Assembly: GCA_020833255.1 (NCBI GenBank)
Contig: JAJHQR010000001.1
Location: 7,359 to 71,358 of the forward strand
Source of the DNA: Desulfurococcaceae archaeon
GTDB taxonomy: Archaea; Thermoproteota; Thermoprotei_A; Sulfolobales; NBVN01
Direction: 5' to 3'
DNA length: 64,000 nt
Shown here: piece by piece, positions 19,582 through 28,918 of the stretch
Position numbering within the stretch: the stretch's first letter is position 1
How the letters are laid out: each line of letters begins with the position of its first letter
Made by a program: the position numbers and the translations under genes
Notes under the pieces: model-generated
Told to the model about the DNA's origin: nothing
The model's input: the letters and a program-made list of their open reading frames with translations, nothing else
Databases searched by the model: none

Positions 19582-20289
19582 TCAGGAGTAGAGGGAGATA
19601 ACCCATTGCAGGGCTAGGGCCGACAATATGATGACGTCCCCGAGCCCCAGGGGTTTCCTCCCAGACACCTTCCTAAGTCTTAAGCCTCTGAGTTCTGCGG
19701 AGATACCGCCCCACACAGCTCTCTCATAACTTATATTGAGCATCGGGAGTAGGATGCTTCTTAAGTGTTTAGGGCTCAACACTACTGAGGTAAACCCTCG
19801 TTCCTTTCTGGCGATGCGGATCTCGCTTAAATCCTTACTCAGTAAGGGGAATAACCTGAACGCGTACGCTATCGAGAAAGCTATTCCTGATGGAACCCTC
19901 AAATCCCTCTCCAGCGATCTTATTAAGTCTCTCACGTTAACTAAGCCTAGCATGAGTAGGGTGGAGCCAACTATAAGAAAGAATCTCAGGGTAAGTATTA
20001 GGAAGGACTCCACAGCGCCACTCCTGATAGTTACTGCTTGAATAGACACGATCTCATCACCAACGTTGTGGAAGTAGAGCCCGTTAATGAACGCTCCCCA
20101 CGCGTTAAGCACTAAGAGCGCCGCCAACAGTTTTTGAGGTATCTTCTTACTCCCTGAAGCGAAACCTAGGATTCCGTTAATTAGTGAAGGAAGTATTAAC
20201 GACTTCACGGAGTTAGCTACGAACGCTAGTAGTGAGGCTCCTAAAGCGTATAAGAATAGCGTTGATTCCCTATACCTAGCCCTCATCAA
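19582..20289 (-). CDS. ECF transporter T component (EcfT/YkoC)
   Basis: TM helices, FRLFPLL, ARKERG and AELRGL Arg motifs. Confidence 0.82.
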   Translation of the reverse strand: MMRARYRESTLFLYALGASLLAFVANSVKSLILPSLINGILGFASGSKKIPQKLLAALLVLNAWGAFINGLYFHNVGDEIVSIQAVTIRSGAVESFLILTLRFFLIVGSTLLMLGLVNVRDLIRSLERDLRVPSGIAFSIAYAFRLFPLLSKDLSEIRIARKERGFTSVVLSPKHLRSILLPMLNISYERAVWGGISAELRGLRLRKVSGRKPLGLGDVIILSALALQWVISLYS

Positions 20290-21731
20290 TAAACACCCGC
20301 TATACTCTCAAGCATTAAAGCCGCTTTACAGGGTTCTAACTCCTTAACTCTGCCACCCTCAATTATTAGGGATCTATCAGCTAGCCCTAAGAGGACTCTC
20401 GGGTCGTGAGTGGATATTATGAAGGAAACACCTCCCTCACTCAACCCTCTCACGTGCTCGAACAGGGAGTTAAGCAAGCTTAAGTCCAGTCCTGCCGTAG
20501 GCTCGTCCATCAATATTATGTCAGGCTTATGAGCCCACGCAATAACTAGCGTTAGCCACCTGCGCTGACCCAGGCTCAGTCTGTACGGGGGGTAGTGCTT
20601 CCTCTCCTCATAAAAAGGCACCTTACCCGCCACCACCTCAAAACTGCGTCCCGTCTTAGAAGCGGCTAGTCTCAACTCTCCCTCAACGCTATTCTCGAGA
20701 AACATGTAATCAGGCGTTTGACTAACGTAGAAGGCCTTCCTAACGCCGCCACGAAAAACTATCTCCCCCGAGTAACCCTTATGAAACCCTGCTATAGTTT
20801 TAAGTAGGGTGGTTTTACCCGAGCCGTTCGGGCCTACTAAAGCTAGAACCTCACCCCTCCTCAACTCGAAAGAAACGTCTTTGAGGAGAGGTTTTTTACG
20901 TTCATGCCAGCACTCAAGCCCCTCAACAGTGAGTATGACTTCACCGATTCTCCGCTCCTTACAGCCCGGTGATTCAGGCATTTCGTGAACAGGCTCAACG
21001 TCTAGGCCAGCCCCCCTGAGTTTCTTGAGCAGATCTCTTGACGCGAGCTCGTTCCTAGAATATTCTGAGACCTTCCTACCCGAACTCAACAGCACTAGCT
21101 TATCAGCCATGTCTAGGAAATACTTAATCTTGTGCTCAACAATCAAGACAGTCTTACCCTCCTTAATTAAGTCAGTCACGAACCTCCTAACCTCCCTTAT
21201 GCCCCAGGGATCCATGGAGGCCGTGGGTTCGTCGAGCATGACTAGGTACGGCTTATGAGATATCGCTGAAGCAAGAGATAGCCTCCTCTTCTCACCCCCT
21301 GATAGGGTCTCCACGTGGTCAAGCCTCTTATCAAAGAGCCCGAAGCTCCTCAATAACTCAGTCGCTCTAGTCAGGGCCTCACTCTCGTCAAACCCTAAAT
21401 TCTCCAGCGTGAAGAGAACCTCGTCTAACGGGGTAGGCATCAAGACCTGCTTCTCCGGGTCCTGAAGTACTAGGCCGACAAGTCTTGAAGCGGGAGAATC
21501 CCCTCTAAGCAGGTCCTCACCCCCGATAAACACTGAGCCATCGACCCAGCCACCCATAAGAGAAGAGAGGATTCCTGAAATAGTGAGTAGTAGCGTGGTC
21601 TTGCCGGATCCTGAAGCCCCGCCGACAAGTATCAACTCACCCTCACCACCATCAAACCCGGTCTCTCTCAGCACGGCCTCACCCACCTTATAACCAGCGG
21701 ATCTCACATCAACCCTCAGCATCCTGCCCAT
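20286..21731 (-). CDS. ECF transporter duplicated ATPase (YkoD-like)
   Basis: Two ABC domains: GASGSGKT/LSGGEKRR/LDEPT and GPNGSGKT/LSLGQRR/MDEPT. QDPE Q-loop. Confidence 0.87.
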   Translation of the reverse strand: MGRMLRVDVRSAGYKVGEAVLRETGFDGGEGELILVGGASGSGKTTLLLTISGILSSLMGGWVDGSVFIGGEDLLRGDSPASRLVGLVLQDPEKQVLMPTPLDEVLFTLENLGFDESEALTRATELLRSFGLFDKRLDHVETLSGGEKRRLSLASAISHKPYLVMLDEPTASMDPWGIREVRRFVTDLIKEGKTVLIVEHKIKYFLDMADKLVLLSSGRKVSEYSRNELASRDLLKKLRGAGLDVEPVHEMPESPGCKERRIGEVILTVEGLECWHERKKPLLKDVSFELRRGEVLALVGPNGSGKTTLLKTIAGFHKGYSGEIVFRGGVRKAFYVSQTPDYMFLENSVEGELRLAASKTGRSFEVVAGKVPFYEERKHYPPYRLSLGQRRWLTLVIAWAHKPDIILMDEPTAGLDLSLLNSLFEHVRGLSEGGVSFIISTHDPRVLLGLADRSLIIEGGRVKELEPCKAALMLESIAGVY

Positions 21732-21824
21732 CCACGATAACTATATTATTATGGTATTAATAAAACCATTATGATAGCTAAGCACTTATTACTGTTTTAC
21801 GGTATTACTACGTAGGTAGTCGAG

Positions 21825-22085
21825 ATGAAGGTGAGGTTTTTCGGTATACTGAGAGATTTCGCAGGGGTTGAGTCTGTGGACGTCGTGTTAGGGGGTTCTG
21901 TGAAGGTTAAGGAATTACTGAACCTCTTATCAAGTAAGCTCAGCTGGTTTAACGATTTTCTTAAGAATGTGGAGAAAGCTAACATCTCAATCATAATATT
22001 AGTCAACGATCACTTAGTTAACGAGGAGTACCTACTTAATGAGGGGGATGAGGTTACTTTATTACCGCCAGCCGCTGGTGGTTAA
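21825..22085 (+). CDS. moaD: Molybdopterin synthase sulfur carrier subunit / SAMP
   Basis: MKVRFFG...GDEVTLLPPAAGG with C-terminal diglycine. Upstream of moaE. Confidence 0.88.
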   Translation: MKVRFFGILRDFAGVESVDVVLGGSVKVKELLNLLSSKLSWFNDFLKNVEKANISIIILVNDHLVNEEYLLNEGDEVTLLPPAAGG

Positions 22086-22089
22086 CGAG

Positions 22090-22545
22090 ATGGTTGTTGA
22101 AGCGTTAATAACGAGGAGTGAGCTAAACGTTAACGAATATCTCGAGAAATTATCCAGGGCTTCTTCTAGAGACGGTTGCGGAGCGTTAGTCATGTTCATG
22201 GGTTTTGTTAAGGGGTTGGTTGGTGAGGGATCCGTTAACGAGCTGATTTACGAAGCCTACGAGAACTACGCGTTAAGTAAGATGAGGGAGATCGGTGAGG
22301 AGGCTGTCAAGAAATTCGGGGTTAGGGACGTGGTAGTGGTTCATAGGGTGGGTAACTTAAGGCCGGGTGACCCGACAATATACATATTCGTCACCGCTAA
22401 GAGTAGGGGTGAGGCCTTTAAAGCAGCTGAGTACGTGTTAGAGAGGGTTAAGCACGAGGTACCTATATCAAAGCTTGAGGTCAGGAGTGACGGGGAGTTC
22501 TGGGTCTTAGGTGATGGGCGGAGAATAAGAAGACCGAGGACTTGA
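22090..22545 (+). CDS. moaE: Molybdopterin synthase catalytic subunit
   Basis: GALVMFMGFVK, YEAY, HRVGNL, R.EAF, VKHEVPISKLE. ATG at 22090. Confidence 0.9.
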   Translation: MVVEALITRSELNVNEYLEKLSRASSRDGCGALVMFMGFVKGLVGEGSVNELIYEAYENYALSKMREIGEEAVKKFGVRDVVVVHRVGNLRPGDPTIYIFVTAKSRGEAFKAAEYVLERVKHEVPISKLEVRSDGEFWVLGDGRRIRRPRT

Positions 22546-22995
22546 TTAAGTCTCCTTCGTCTTCCTAACAACCCTCACGTTACTTATTACTGTCTCAGGG
22601 TACTGACCGTTCTCGTCTTTCTCATACTTCTTAACCATATCCCATATGTTTAGCAGTGCTGACATAACCCCTGCGAGAGCCTCCATCTCAGCCCCTGTCT
22701 TCGCTGTGGTTCTCACCACCACAGTAACCTTTACCCCATCATCTAGCACCTCATACGAGGTGGAGACGTGTGTTATCGGTATGTTGTGTGTTAGTGGTAG
22801 TAACTCAGGTGTTTTCTTAACGGCTAGTAAAGCAGCTACTGAAGAGACCGTCAGAACATCGCCTTTCTCTACCAAGCCCTCCCTAACGAGCCTCACCGTC
22901 TCTTTCTTAAGCTTTATGAAGCCCTCGGCTACAGCCTCCCTGAACACCTCCGGTTTGGAGGAGACGTCGACCATCCTAACACTCAACGCGAGCAC
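22546..22995 (-). CDS. moaC: Cyclic pyranopterin monophosphate synthase
   Basis: MVDVSSK, KGDV, KKTPELLPLTH, TGAEMEAL, WDMVK. Confidence 0.93.
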   Translation of the reverse strand: MLALSVRMVDVSSKPEVFREAVAEGFIKLKKETVRLVREGLVEKGDVLTVSSVAALLAVKKTPELLPLTHNIPITHVSTSYEVLDDGVKVTVVVRTTAKTGAEMEALAGVMSALLNIWDMVKKYEKDENGQYPETVISNVRVVRKTKET

Positions 22996-22998
22996 CCC

Positions 22999-23919
22999 CT
23001 ACCTAAAATACGGCTCTCTTAATAAAGTAGCTTTCTTAAGCGCTTCCTCTAAGGCTGCGGAATCCCTGTTCTTTATAGCGTCCTTAACATCAACGAACGC
23101 ATCCTCCCTGAAAATACATATCTTGATTTTCCCGCTGGGTGTGAGTCTTAAGCGCGTACACCCACTGCAGAGGTATGGGTTTCCGTAACCCCTAATCAAA
23201 GTGATTTCCGTACCGTTATCTAACACATAGGTCGGTCTATTCTGGAAGTCTTTATAGTACTTCCTGACGGCTCTCCGCTCCACCAAACCCTCCACCCCGT
23301 TAAGGCTTACATACTCTTTCTCATACACGTGTTGAGGGGTTCCTAAAGGTATTAACTCTATTAGATTCACGGAAACACCCGAGCTAGCCGCGAAGTCAAG
23401 TAGTCTCGGGATTTCGTTAACGTTGGACCTCATGACGACGAAGTTTATCTTCACGTTAAGTCCTGCGTCAAGAGCTTCGGTAAGACCCTCCATAACAGGC
23501 TTTAAAGGCGCTCTAGCGATGTAGGCGAACACGTCATCCCTGAATGAGTGGAGACTTATGTTAAGTCTGTCTAGCCCGGCATCCGCTAGGGAGCGCGCTT
23601 TATCCTTAAGTAATGAGCCGTTGGTCGAGAGCGAGACCTCGTCAGCGTAAAACTTCAACTCCCTGACGATCTCCGCTATATCGTTCCTTACTAGGGGCTC
23701 GCCGCCCGTCAACTTATACCTACTTATGCCGAGGGCTTTAGAGACTTTCGCTAGGAAGCCGTAATCACCCGGATCTAGGGCCTCCTCCTCAAACCTGAAA
23801 ATCCCTTCCCTATGGCAGAATATGCAGGCATGATTACATCTCTGGGTAACGCTCACCCTGAACCTGTCTACGGCTCTCCCGTACCTGTCTTTAAGGATTG
23901 GTGAAGGACTCAACGCCAA
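22999..23919 (-). CDS. moaA: GTP 3',8-cyclase (radical SAM)
   Basis: RVSVTQRCNHACIFCH, TGGEP, STNG, C-terminal CSGCTRLRLT...C. Confidence 0.93.
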   Translation of the reverse strand: MALSPSPILKDRYGRAVDRFRVSVTQRCNHACIFCHREGIFRFEEEALDPGDYGFLAKVSKALGISRYKLTGGEPLVRNDIAEIVRELKFYADEVSLSTNGSLLKDKARSLADAGLDRLNISLHSFRDDVFAYIARAPLKPVMEGLTEALDAGLNVKINFVVMRSNVNEIPRLLDFAASSGVSVNLIELIPLGTPQHVYEKEYVSLNGVEGLVERRAVRKYYKDFQNRPTYVLDNGTEITLIRGYGNPYLCSGCTRLRLTPSGKIKICIFREDAFVDVKDAIKNRDSAALEEALKKATLLREPYFR

Positions 23920-24926
23920 CCCCTGCCCTTAAGGAACTCGTCCGTCAAACCACCCTCACCTAAACCAACCAAGTATTTCCTATCTATTCTTTCCTTAGCC
24001 ATCACCCAAGGTAATAACACGTCCAGTATGTTCCACCTACTATAATATATTATCGCCGAAGAAACCCCTATTATCGGCTTTCCCTGAGCGTAGGCTACCA
24101 TACTCATGGTGTTGGGTTTGATGGGTATCCCGTACATAACGACCTCATCAGCTACCTCAGCGATAGACTTAGGTGTTAGGTCTGTTGGATCCACACTCAT
24201 CCCTCCCGTCACGATCACAGCGTCGTATTCTCTTAAAAACCTTGTTATGGCTTCCTTAATCCGTGTCGAGTCGTCAGGAACTATAGCGATCTCCGATACC
24301 AACCCACCATACTCTAAGACCTTACTCTTAACCACTGGCGAAGCCTTATCCTCTATCAAACCCTCGAAAACTTCCGTACCAGTGATCACGACACCCACCC
24401 TCAACTTATTGAAAGGACTTACCTCAATAACCGGTCTGCAACCTCCTAACTCAGCGAGTAGGTTGCTTAAGTAGTCCTTAGGCACGGTGAGCGGTATTAA
24501 GTCAACGATGCCGACGACGCTGCCTGCGTCAACTGCCACGCCCTTACGCCTAGTAACGACCACGAAAACCCCTGTGGAGTTCACCCTCTCCAAGCAAGAA
24601 CTGTTAATTTTTAGGAGGCCCCGGACGGTGGATTTAAGGATTGCCTTACCCTCATCACCTAAGGAAACCTCAACGTTACCGCCCGCTAAATACTTACCGA
24701 GCTCAACCACCGCCTCCTCCTCATGCAAGTCGTTTACCGCGCTCCCTAAACTATCGTAAACGTAAACGTAGTTATGTCCTGCTTTCTTAAGCACTTCAAC
24801 GTCCGAGCTAGTTATGACGTGTCCGCGCCTCAGGAGAGCCCCCTTAAAAGACTCAGTCACTAGAGAAACGTCGTACGCGAGAATCTTGCCGACGGCTTCC
24901 TCAGCTTTAAGTATTCTTAGCAACAC
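23910..24926 (-). CDS. Molybdopterin-binding protein (MoeA-like/MoCF domain)
   Basis: HEEEA, TGTEVFEG, VPDD, TGGMSVDPTDLTP motifs. First gene of the moaA-moaC operon. Confidence 0.82.
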   Translation of the reverse strand: MLLRILKAEEAVGKILAYDVSLVTESFKGALLRRGHVITSSDVEVLKKAGHNYVYVYDSLGSAVNDLHEEEAVVELGKYLAGGNVEVSLGDEGKAILKSTVRGLLKINSSCLERVNSTGVFVVVTRRKGVAVDAGSVVGIVDLIPLTVPKDYLSNLLAELGGCRPVIEVSPFNKLRVGVVITGTEVFEGLIEDKASPVVKSKVLEYGGLVSEIAIVPDDSTRIKEAITRFLREYDAVIVTGGMSVDPTDLTPKSIAEVADEVVMYGIPIKPNTMSMVAYAQGKPIIGVSSAIIYYSRWNILDVLLPWVMAKERIDRKYLVGLGEGGLTDEFLKGRGWR

Positions 24927-25089
24927 TTGAATCCCCCCAACAGCGTAATTTACCTAGTTAACATAGTTATTTTAGGTAATAAGCATAACGTAAACACACT
25001 TATTTACGTTCGACGTCGCTATTCCCCGCAAGAGGGACGCATTGAATAGAGCTTATATTCGCTAGCTAATTAATTTAGAGGGATCTACT

Positions 25090-25659
25090 CTGAGCAAATC
25101 CCTTACTAAATACCTCCGTTACAACGGTTTACTAGCTTTCATTATCGCGTACGTATTCATATTCGCTTCAATCTTAATCAACCCATGGTTCAACGTGTTC
25201 AAGAACGCGTTAAGTGACTTAGGTAGGGTGGGCCTCGAAAACAATTACGTGTTTAACACGGGCTTAATACTCGCCGCTCTCGTAGCACTAACGTACATAC
25301 CGAGCTTGCTAGACTTCTTTAAGTCTAGGATCGGTTTCATGAGTCTCGGCATCTTCTTAATCGCTATCCTACACCTACTACTAATAGGTGTCTTCCCGGA
25401 AGGCACGAAACCTCACGGATTTGTCTCCTACGAGTTCTTCGCTTTAATGACTATAAGCCTACTGTTCATAGGGATCTCACTAATCGCGGAGGGGATGAGT
25501 AAGTATGGGGCTTCCCTCCTACTGCTCTTCATTCTCAGCTTGGGCGGATCACTCCTAATCAAGTGGCCTTCCATAGCCTTGCTAGAACTATACAACATCG
25601 TGTTATATAATGCAGGGGTGGCTGTCTTAACATACCTTCAACATAAAAAACAACCCTAG
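25090..25659 (+). CDS. DUF998-family membrane protein, probable CTG start
   Basis: NPWFNVFKNALSDLG, FNTGLI, IGVFPE, H motifs. The first TM helix lies upstream of the ORF-track start (25195). In-frame CTG at 25090 follows GAGGGA. Confidence 0.75.
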   Translation: MSKSLTKYLRYNGLLAFIIAYVFIFASILINPWFNVFKNALSDLGRVGLENNYVFNTGLILAALVALTYIPSLLDFFKSRIGFMSLGIFLIAILHLLLIGVFPEGTKPHGFVSYEFFALMTISLLFIGISLIAEGMSKYGASLLLLFILSLGGSLLIKWPSIALLELYNIVLYNAGVAVLTYLQHKKQP

Positions 25660-25687
25660 ACTTCAGGTGGGAACCTAAGTAGTTAGG

Positions 25688-27778
25688 TTATTTACGTCCC
25701 CTAACCATTACTAAGATAATTACTACGGCCACTACCGCGATCAGAACTCCTGCCAGCAACCACCACTCAATGACAGGTCCCGGCAATTGCGTGGGTGAGG
25801 TAGTTGTCGGTGTCGTGGTCGGTGTGGTAGTAGGTGTTGTAGACGTTATCGTAGGAGTGGTTGTGGGCGTTGTAGTTGGTGTGGTTGTGGTCGGTGTGGT
25901 AGTAGGTGTTGTTGTCGGGCTCGTGGTTGTAGGTGTTGTGGTCGTAGGGGTGGTTGTTGGTGTTGTTGTAGGTGTTGTCGTTACTTCCACGTAGTTTATG
26001 GTTACTTCCTGAGTCTCTGTCACGTGTCCGGCTATGTCGGTAGCTACTGCTTTTATTATTACTTGATTAGTTGTTAGTTGAGGTATTTGAGCTATGTAGG
26101 TTCCTTGAGATTCTTGAACAGCTGCTTCACTCCATTCAGGGTCTCCGGGCTTCTTATAGAGTAGCTTGACTGTGTCGAGACCCCAGCCAGGATCTGACGC
26201 GGTTATGTATACGGTCACCACGCTTTTTCCTGAGATAGGTTTTGTGGGGGTGTAGTACGTTATTTGGACTGAGGGCGGTGTCTCGTCCGGGTATGATGAG
26301 TAAATCAAGTATAGCTTCATGTTCTGTTTCAACGGCACGCTGCATTTAGCTAGCCATAAGTCTCCGTATGTTGTGTGCTCACAGCCTACGTTGGTCGTGT
26401 TATATCTTGCGTAGAGCTTGTATGACGGCATGTCAAGCGTCTTATTTAAGAAGAAGTAGAGTGTGAAGTTATCGGTTGTGAGCGGTAATTGTGAAGTAGT
26501 TGATATTAGGTTAGCGTATAGTGTTAAGTTAGCGTCAGCAACCACCTTAAGATTGAAGCCGTCAGCGGGGTATGAAGCGTTCTCGGAGTATGTTCCCCCA
26601 CCGTAGTTAATGGCTCTCACAGTGCCGTTGACGTAAACCTGGTAAAGCCTGTAACCCCTGTACTGAGACGTACCGCCGTCAGCCGTTGTCACGGTCATGA
26701 ACCACGTCCTGTAAGCGTATAAGCGCGTTGAGTCAGCGTGTATATGTCCTGAGAAGACGCCTATGATGTTGGGGTAGCGGTCTATGATCTGAAGGAAGGC
26801 GAGCGCCACACCCAAGTTCTCGCGCCAGCTAGAGTACATAGAACCCAGCAATGACTGGTAACTCGAGGAATTACCTGATAGTATGCCGAAACCTGTGAAG
26901 AGCGGGTGATGCATTAGTATGAGTATCTTCTTCTCGGACGTGTTGTAGACGCTTAACGTAGTGTTAAGCCAGGTCAGCTGTTCCGTGTCTAGAACCCCGC
27001 CATAACCCGTGTCCAGCCCTACTAAAACGAAGTTCCCTACCTCCCTAACCCAGTAGCGAGGACCTACGTACGTGCCGTAAAGCTTGTAGAAACTGCTTAA
27101 ACTACCTACCTGAGACCAATCGTGGTTGCCGGGGACGCAGAAGGTCGGTTTCATGAATTTGTTGGTGATCCTCATGAAGTCTCTGTACGAGTATACGTCG
27201 CTACCCACGTCAGCGATATCGCCGGTAATTAAGACTATGTCCGGCTCGATATAATTTGCTAGAGCCACGTACCTCTCGTACCTGTCGGAAGCCCACCAAT
27301 TATCCATGGATATGCCGATGTGGATATCGCTGAGATGCATTATCTTAAGCGACGCGGGGTATTCGTCAACAACCCACAAACTCCTAGGGCTGACCACCTC
27401 ATATTTAGTGCCGTCAACCAACGCCTCAACCAATACTGTGTAGAGCCCTGACTCCATATCCGGAAGTAACGCCTCAATAGTTGCTGTGCCAGGCCCTGTA
27501 GTAACGGTTAAGCTACCTACCTCGTACTCTTTGCCCACACCGTACAACCTAACACTCAATACCTGGATTTCCTGACCCGAATACTTCATGGATATTTTGA
27601 GTGTTGAACCCTTCGTAAGCACTGCCGGGAGGCAGTACGTGGGGTCATCAATCCTTATAATGTCTGGCGGCGCTCCAGTATCGAAATACGCTCTGCTTAA
27701 GTTCGTAGTAGGTAGTTCAAGCTGTATTAGAACGCTTAAAATCAGGAGACCTACCAGTATTGAAGTGAGTTTCCTCAA
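25688..27778 (-). CDS. Cell-surface calcineurin-like metallophosphoesterase with Thr-rich linker and C-terminal membrane anchor
   Basis: Signal peptide, SDIH, TGDIAD, GNHD, MHHP, GHIH motifs, Ig-like region, PTTT repeats, TM plus RGRK. Confidence 0.88.
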   Translation of the reverse strand: MRKLTSILVGLLILSVLIQLELPTTNLSRAYFDTGAPPDIIRIDDPTYCLPAVLTKGSTLKISMKYSGQEIQVLSVRLYGVGKEYEVGSLTVTTGPGTATIEALLPDMESGLYTVLVEALVDGTKYEVVSPRSLWVVDEYPASLKIMHLSDIHIGISMDNWWASDRYERYVALANYIEPDIVLITGDIADVGSDVYSYRDFMRITNKFMKPTFCVPGNHDWSQVGSLSSFYKLYGTYVGPRYWVREVGNFVLVGLDTGYGGVLDTEQLTWLNTTLSVYNTSEKKILILMHHPLFTGFGILSGNSSSYQSLLGSMYSSWRENLGVALAFLQIIDRYPNIIGVFSGHIHADSTRLYAYRTWFMTVTTADGGTSQYRGYRLYQVYVNGTVRAINYGGGTYSENASYPADGFNLKVVADANLTLYANLISTTSQLPLTTDNFTLYFFLNKTLDMPSYKLYARYNTTNVGCEHTTYGDLWLAKCSVPLKQNMKLYLIYSSYPDETPPSVQITYYTPTKPISGKSVVTVYITASDPGWGLDTVKLLYKKPGDPEWSEAAVQESQGTYIAQIPQLTTNQVIIKAVATDIAGHVTETQEVTINYVEVTTTPTTTPTTTPTTTTPTTTSPTTTPTTTPTTTTPTTTPTTTPTITSTTPTTTPTTTPTTTSPTQLPGPVIEWWLLAGVLIAVVAVVIILVMVRGRK
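25795..25985 (-). repeat. Thr/Pro-rich (PTTT)n linker repeat
   Basis: Imperfect gtt/gtg/ggt triplet repeats on the + strand, encoding about 60 aa of TTTP. Confidence 0.85.
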
Positions 27779-27823
27779 AGCGGACCCCTCACATACTATA
27801 TTCGAGGAAGCTAAAATAAGTGG

Positions 27824-28918
27824 TTATGCTACCTCGAGAACTTCCTCACTCCTGGGGAACACCAGCACGTCATCTATTTTAACGTATATAACGAATTTAC
27901 TGCCTGGTTTAACCTCTTTCTTCGGGTCGATGAAGACCTTCAAGTTCTGGTTAGCGACCGACATCCTTAATTGAGTGAATGAGCCTAGGAACATGGAGAA
28001 CTCCACCACACCCTCGATCGCGTTATAGGGTTCCTCAGGGGGATCCACCGTGAAGTCCTCGGGCTTGATGACGAGCACCGCGTCATCCCCTTCCTTAATC
28101 CCTGAATCACTCGCTAGTTTCCCGGCAATCCTCGCTTCACCGCCTACATCAACCACCACTCTATCAGCGTCTTTCTTGACTACCTTACCCTGGAGTAGGG
28201 TTGACTTACCTATGAATGTCGCGACGAAGATGTTCTTGGGTCTAAAGTAAATGTCTTGAGGAGTCCCTACCTGGAGTATCCTCCCTTGATTCATGACTGC
28301 AACCCTGTCGGAGATGCTCATGGCTTCCTCCTGATCATGCGTTACGTAGATAGTCGTTATGTTTAGCGTTCTCTGTATTTTCTTGATTTCCTCCCTCATC
28401 CTAATCCTCAACTTCGCGTCAAGGTTGCTCAAAGGCTCGTCTAGTAAGAGGACCTTAGGCTCTACTACGAGAGCTCTAGCTAACGCAACCCTCTGTTGCT
28501 GACCGCCCGAGAGTTGTAGGGGGTACCTATCCTCCAGCCCCCTCAAACCAACTAAGTCGAGAACCTCTAAAACCCTCCTCCTAATATCTTCCTTAGGTAG
28601 TTTCCTAACCTTAAGCCCGTAAGCTACGTTGTCGAAGACGCTCATGTGAGGCCATAGAGCGTAGTTCTGGAAAACCATCGCGGTACCTCTCTCGTAAGGC
28701 TTAGTGTACGTGACGTCCTCTTCGTCGAAAAACACCTGTCCTGAGTCAGGGTACTCGAAACCAGCTATTATTCTTAGAGTGGTTGTCTTGCCGCAGCCTG
28801 AGGGCCCTAACAACGCGAAGAACTCGCCCTTAGCGATGTCTAGCTCTACGTCTTTAGCCGCGTACACGTTACCGAATCTCTTCACAACCCTCCTCAAGCT
28901 GACTCTAGTCATTCTCAC
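27824..28918 (-). CDS. ABC transporter ATPase (FbpC/PotA/MalK type with TOBE domain)
   Basis: GPSGCGKTT, VFQNYALWPHM, LSGGQQQR, LDEPLSNLD, THDQEEA. Confidence 0.92.
   Translation of the reverse strand: MRMTRVSLRRVVKRFGNVYAAKDVELDIAKGEFFALLGPSGCGKTTTLRIIAGFEYPDSGQVFFDEEDVTYTKPYERGTAMVFQNYALWPHMSVFDNVAYGLKVRKLPKEDIRRRVLEVLDLVGLRGLEDRYPLQLSGGQQQRVALARALVVEPKVLLLDEPLSNLDAKLRIRMREEIKKIQRTLNITTIYVTHDQEEAMSISDRVAVMNQGRILQVGTPQDIYFRPKNIFVATFIGKSTLLQGKVVKKDADRVVVDVGGEARIAGKLASDSGIKEGDDAVLVIKPEDFTVDPPEEPYNAIEGVVEFSMFLGSFTQLRMSVANQNLKVFIDPKKEVKPGSKFVIYVKIDDVLVFPRSEEVLEVA

Noticed and set aside
25770..25994. Val/Gly-repeat ORFs (25770-25994 + and 47047-47415 -) and PTTT repeats as CRISPR-like arrays
   Set aside because: These are antisense shadows of codon-degenerate Thr/Pro linkers, with no repeat-spacer structure.
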